Origin: Malacoraja senta
Taxonomy: Eukaryota
Length of the DNA stretch: 64,000 bases
Assembly (NCBI GenBank): GCA_038087875.1
Contig: CM075997.1
Coordinates: 868,001 to 932,000 of the forward strand
Reading direction: 5' to 3'
The notes beneath the pieces were generated by a model, which searched no databases, had not been told where the DNA came from, and saw nothing but the letters and a program-made list of their open reading frames with translations. How positions within the stretch are numbered: position 1 is the first letter of the stretch; the number at the start of each line of letters is the position of its first letter. Positions 63,696-64,000 of this stretch are shown here, one piece after another. The translations under genes were made by a program, and so were the position numbers.

Positions 63696-63940
63696 TGTTT
63701 AAGAAAGAACTGCAGATGCTGGTTTAAATCGAAGGTAGGCACAAAATGCTGGAGTAACTCAGCGGGTGAGGCAGCATCTCTGGAGAGAAGGAATGGACGA
63801 CGTTTCGGATCGAGACCCTTCTTCAGACTGAAGAAGTCTCGACCCGAAACGTCGCCCATTCCTTCTCTCCAGAGATGCTGCCTGACCCGCTGAGTTACTC
63901 CAGCATTTTGTGTCTTTTTTTGTAAACTAGCATCTGCAGC
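63696..63940. mobile_element. Penelope-derived fold-back element
   Basis: Two inverted arms around CCCTTCTTCAGACTGAAGAAG. Dozens more full or partial copies occur across the window and are not all listed. Confidence 0.85.
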
Positions 63941-64000
63941 TTTCATGTCTGCAGCTAAACAAAGAGTTAAACTATGGCCGTGAAAACTCTTGCAATCTTG

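Noticed and set aside
7388..63946. Numerous 60-140 aa ORFs in the intron (e.g. recurring KKELQML, CWRNSAG, KGLDPKR peptides)
   Set aside because: The recurring peptides are translations of the same non-coding repeats; there is no exon structure or host-protein similarity that I can recognise.

Overview
Repeat-rich vertebrate genomic DNA, very probably from a cartilaginous fish (HE1/V-SINE and CR1/HER1-type LINE content; skate or ray is my inference). It has two 200-N assembly gaps. The only host gene I can support is the 5' part of SIPA1L3 (SPAR-family Rap GAP) on the minus strand. It comprises a large first coding exon (ATG 4960 to donor at 3478) carrying two single-base frameshifts, and a 131-bp exon at 1855-1985. 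The remaining ~58 kb upstream is probably 5'-UTR intron. It is filled with transposon debris: HE1 SINEs, CR1, Rex1/Babar, L2, L1-like, HERO and Vingi-like LINE fragments, Penelope (GIY-YIG) fragments, a Tc1 end and six PIF/Harbinger-type MITEs. The most interesting signal is a very abundant short Penelope-derived fold-back element. It carries a minimal hammerhead-ribozyme-like core (CTGAAGA-a-GGGT-yycg-RCCC-GAAAC-GTY) and inserts with 13-16 bp target-site duplications. It has itself been hit twice at the identical TWA by two different Harbinger MITEs. All family assignments are from recalled sequence and motif similarity, not database searches, and many repeat boundaries are approximate.
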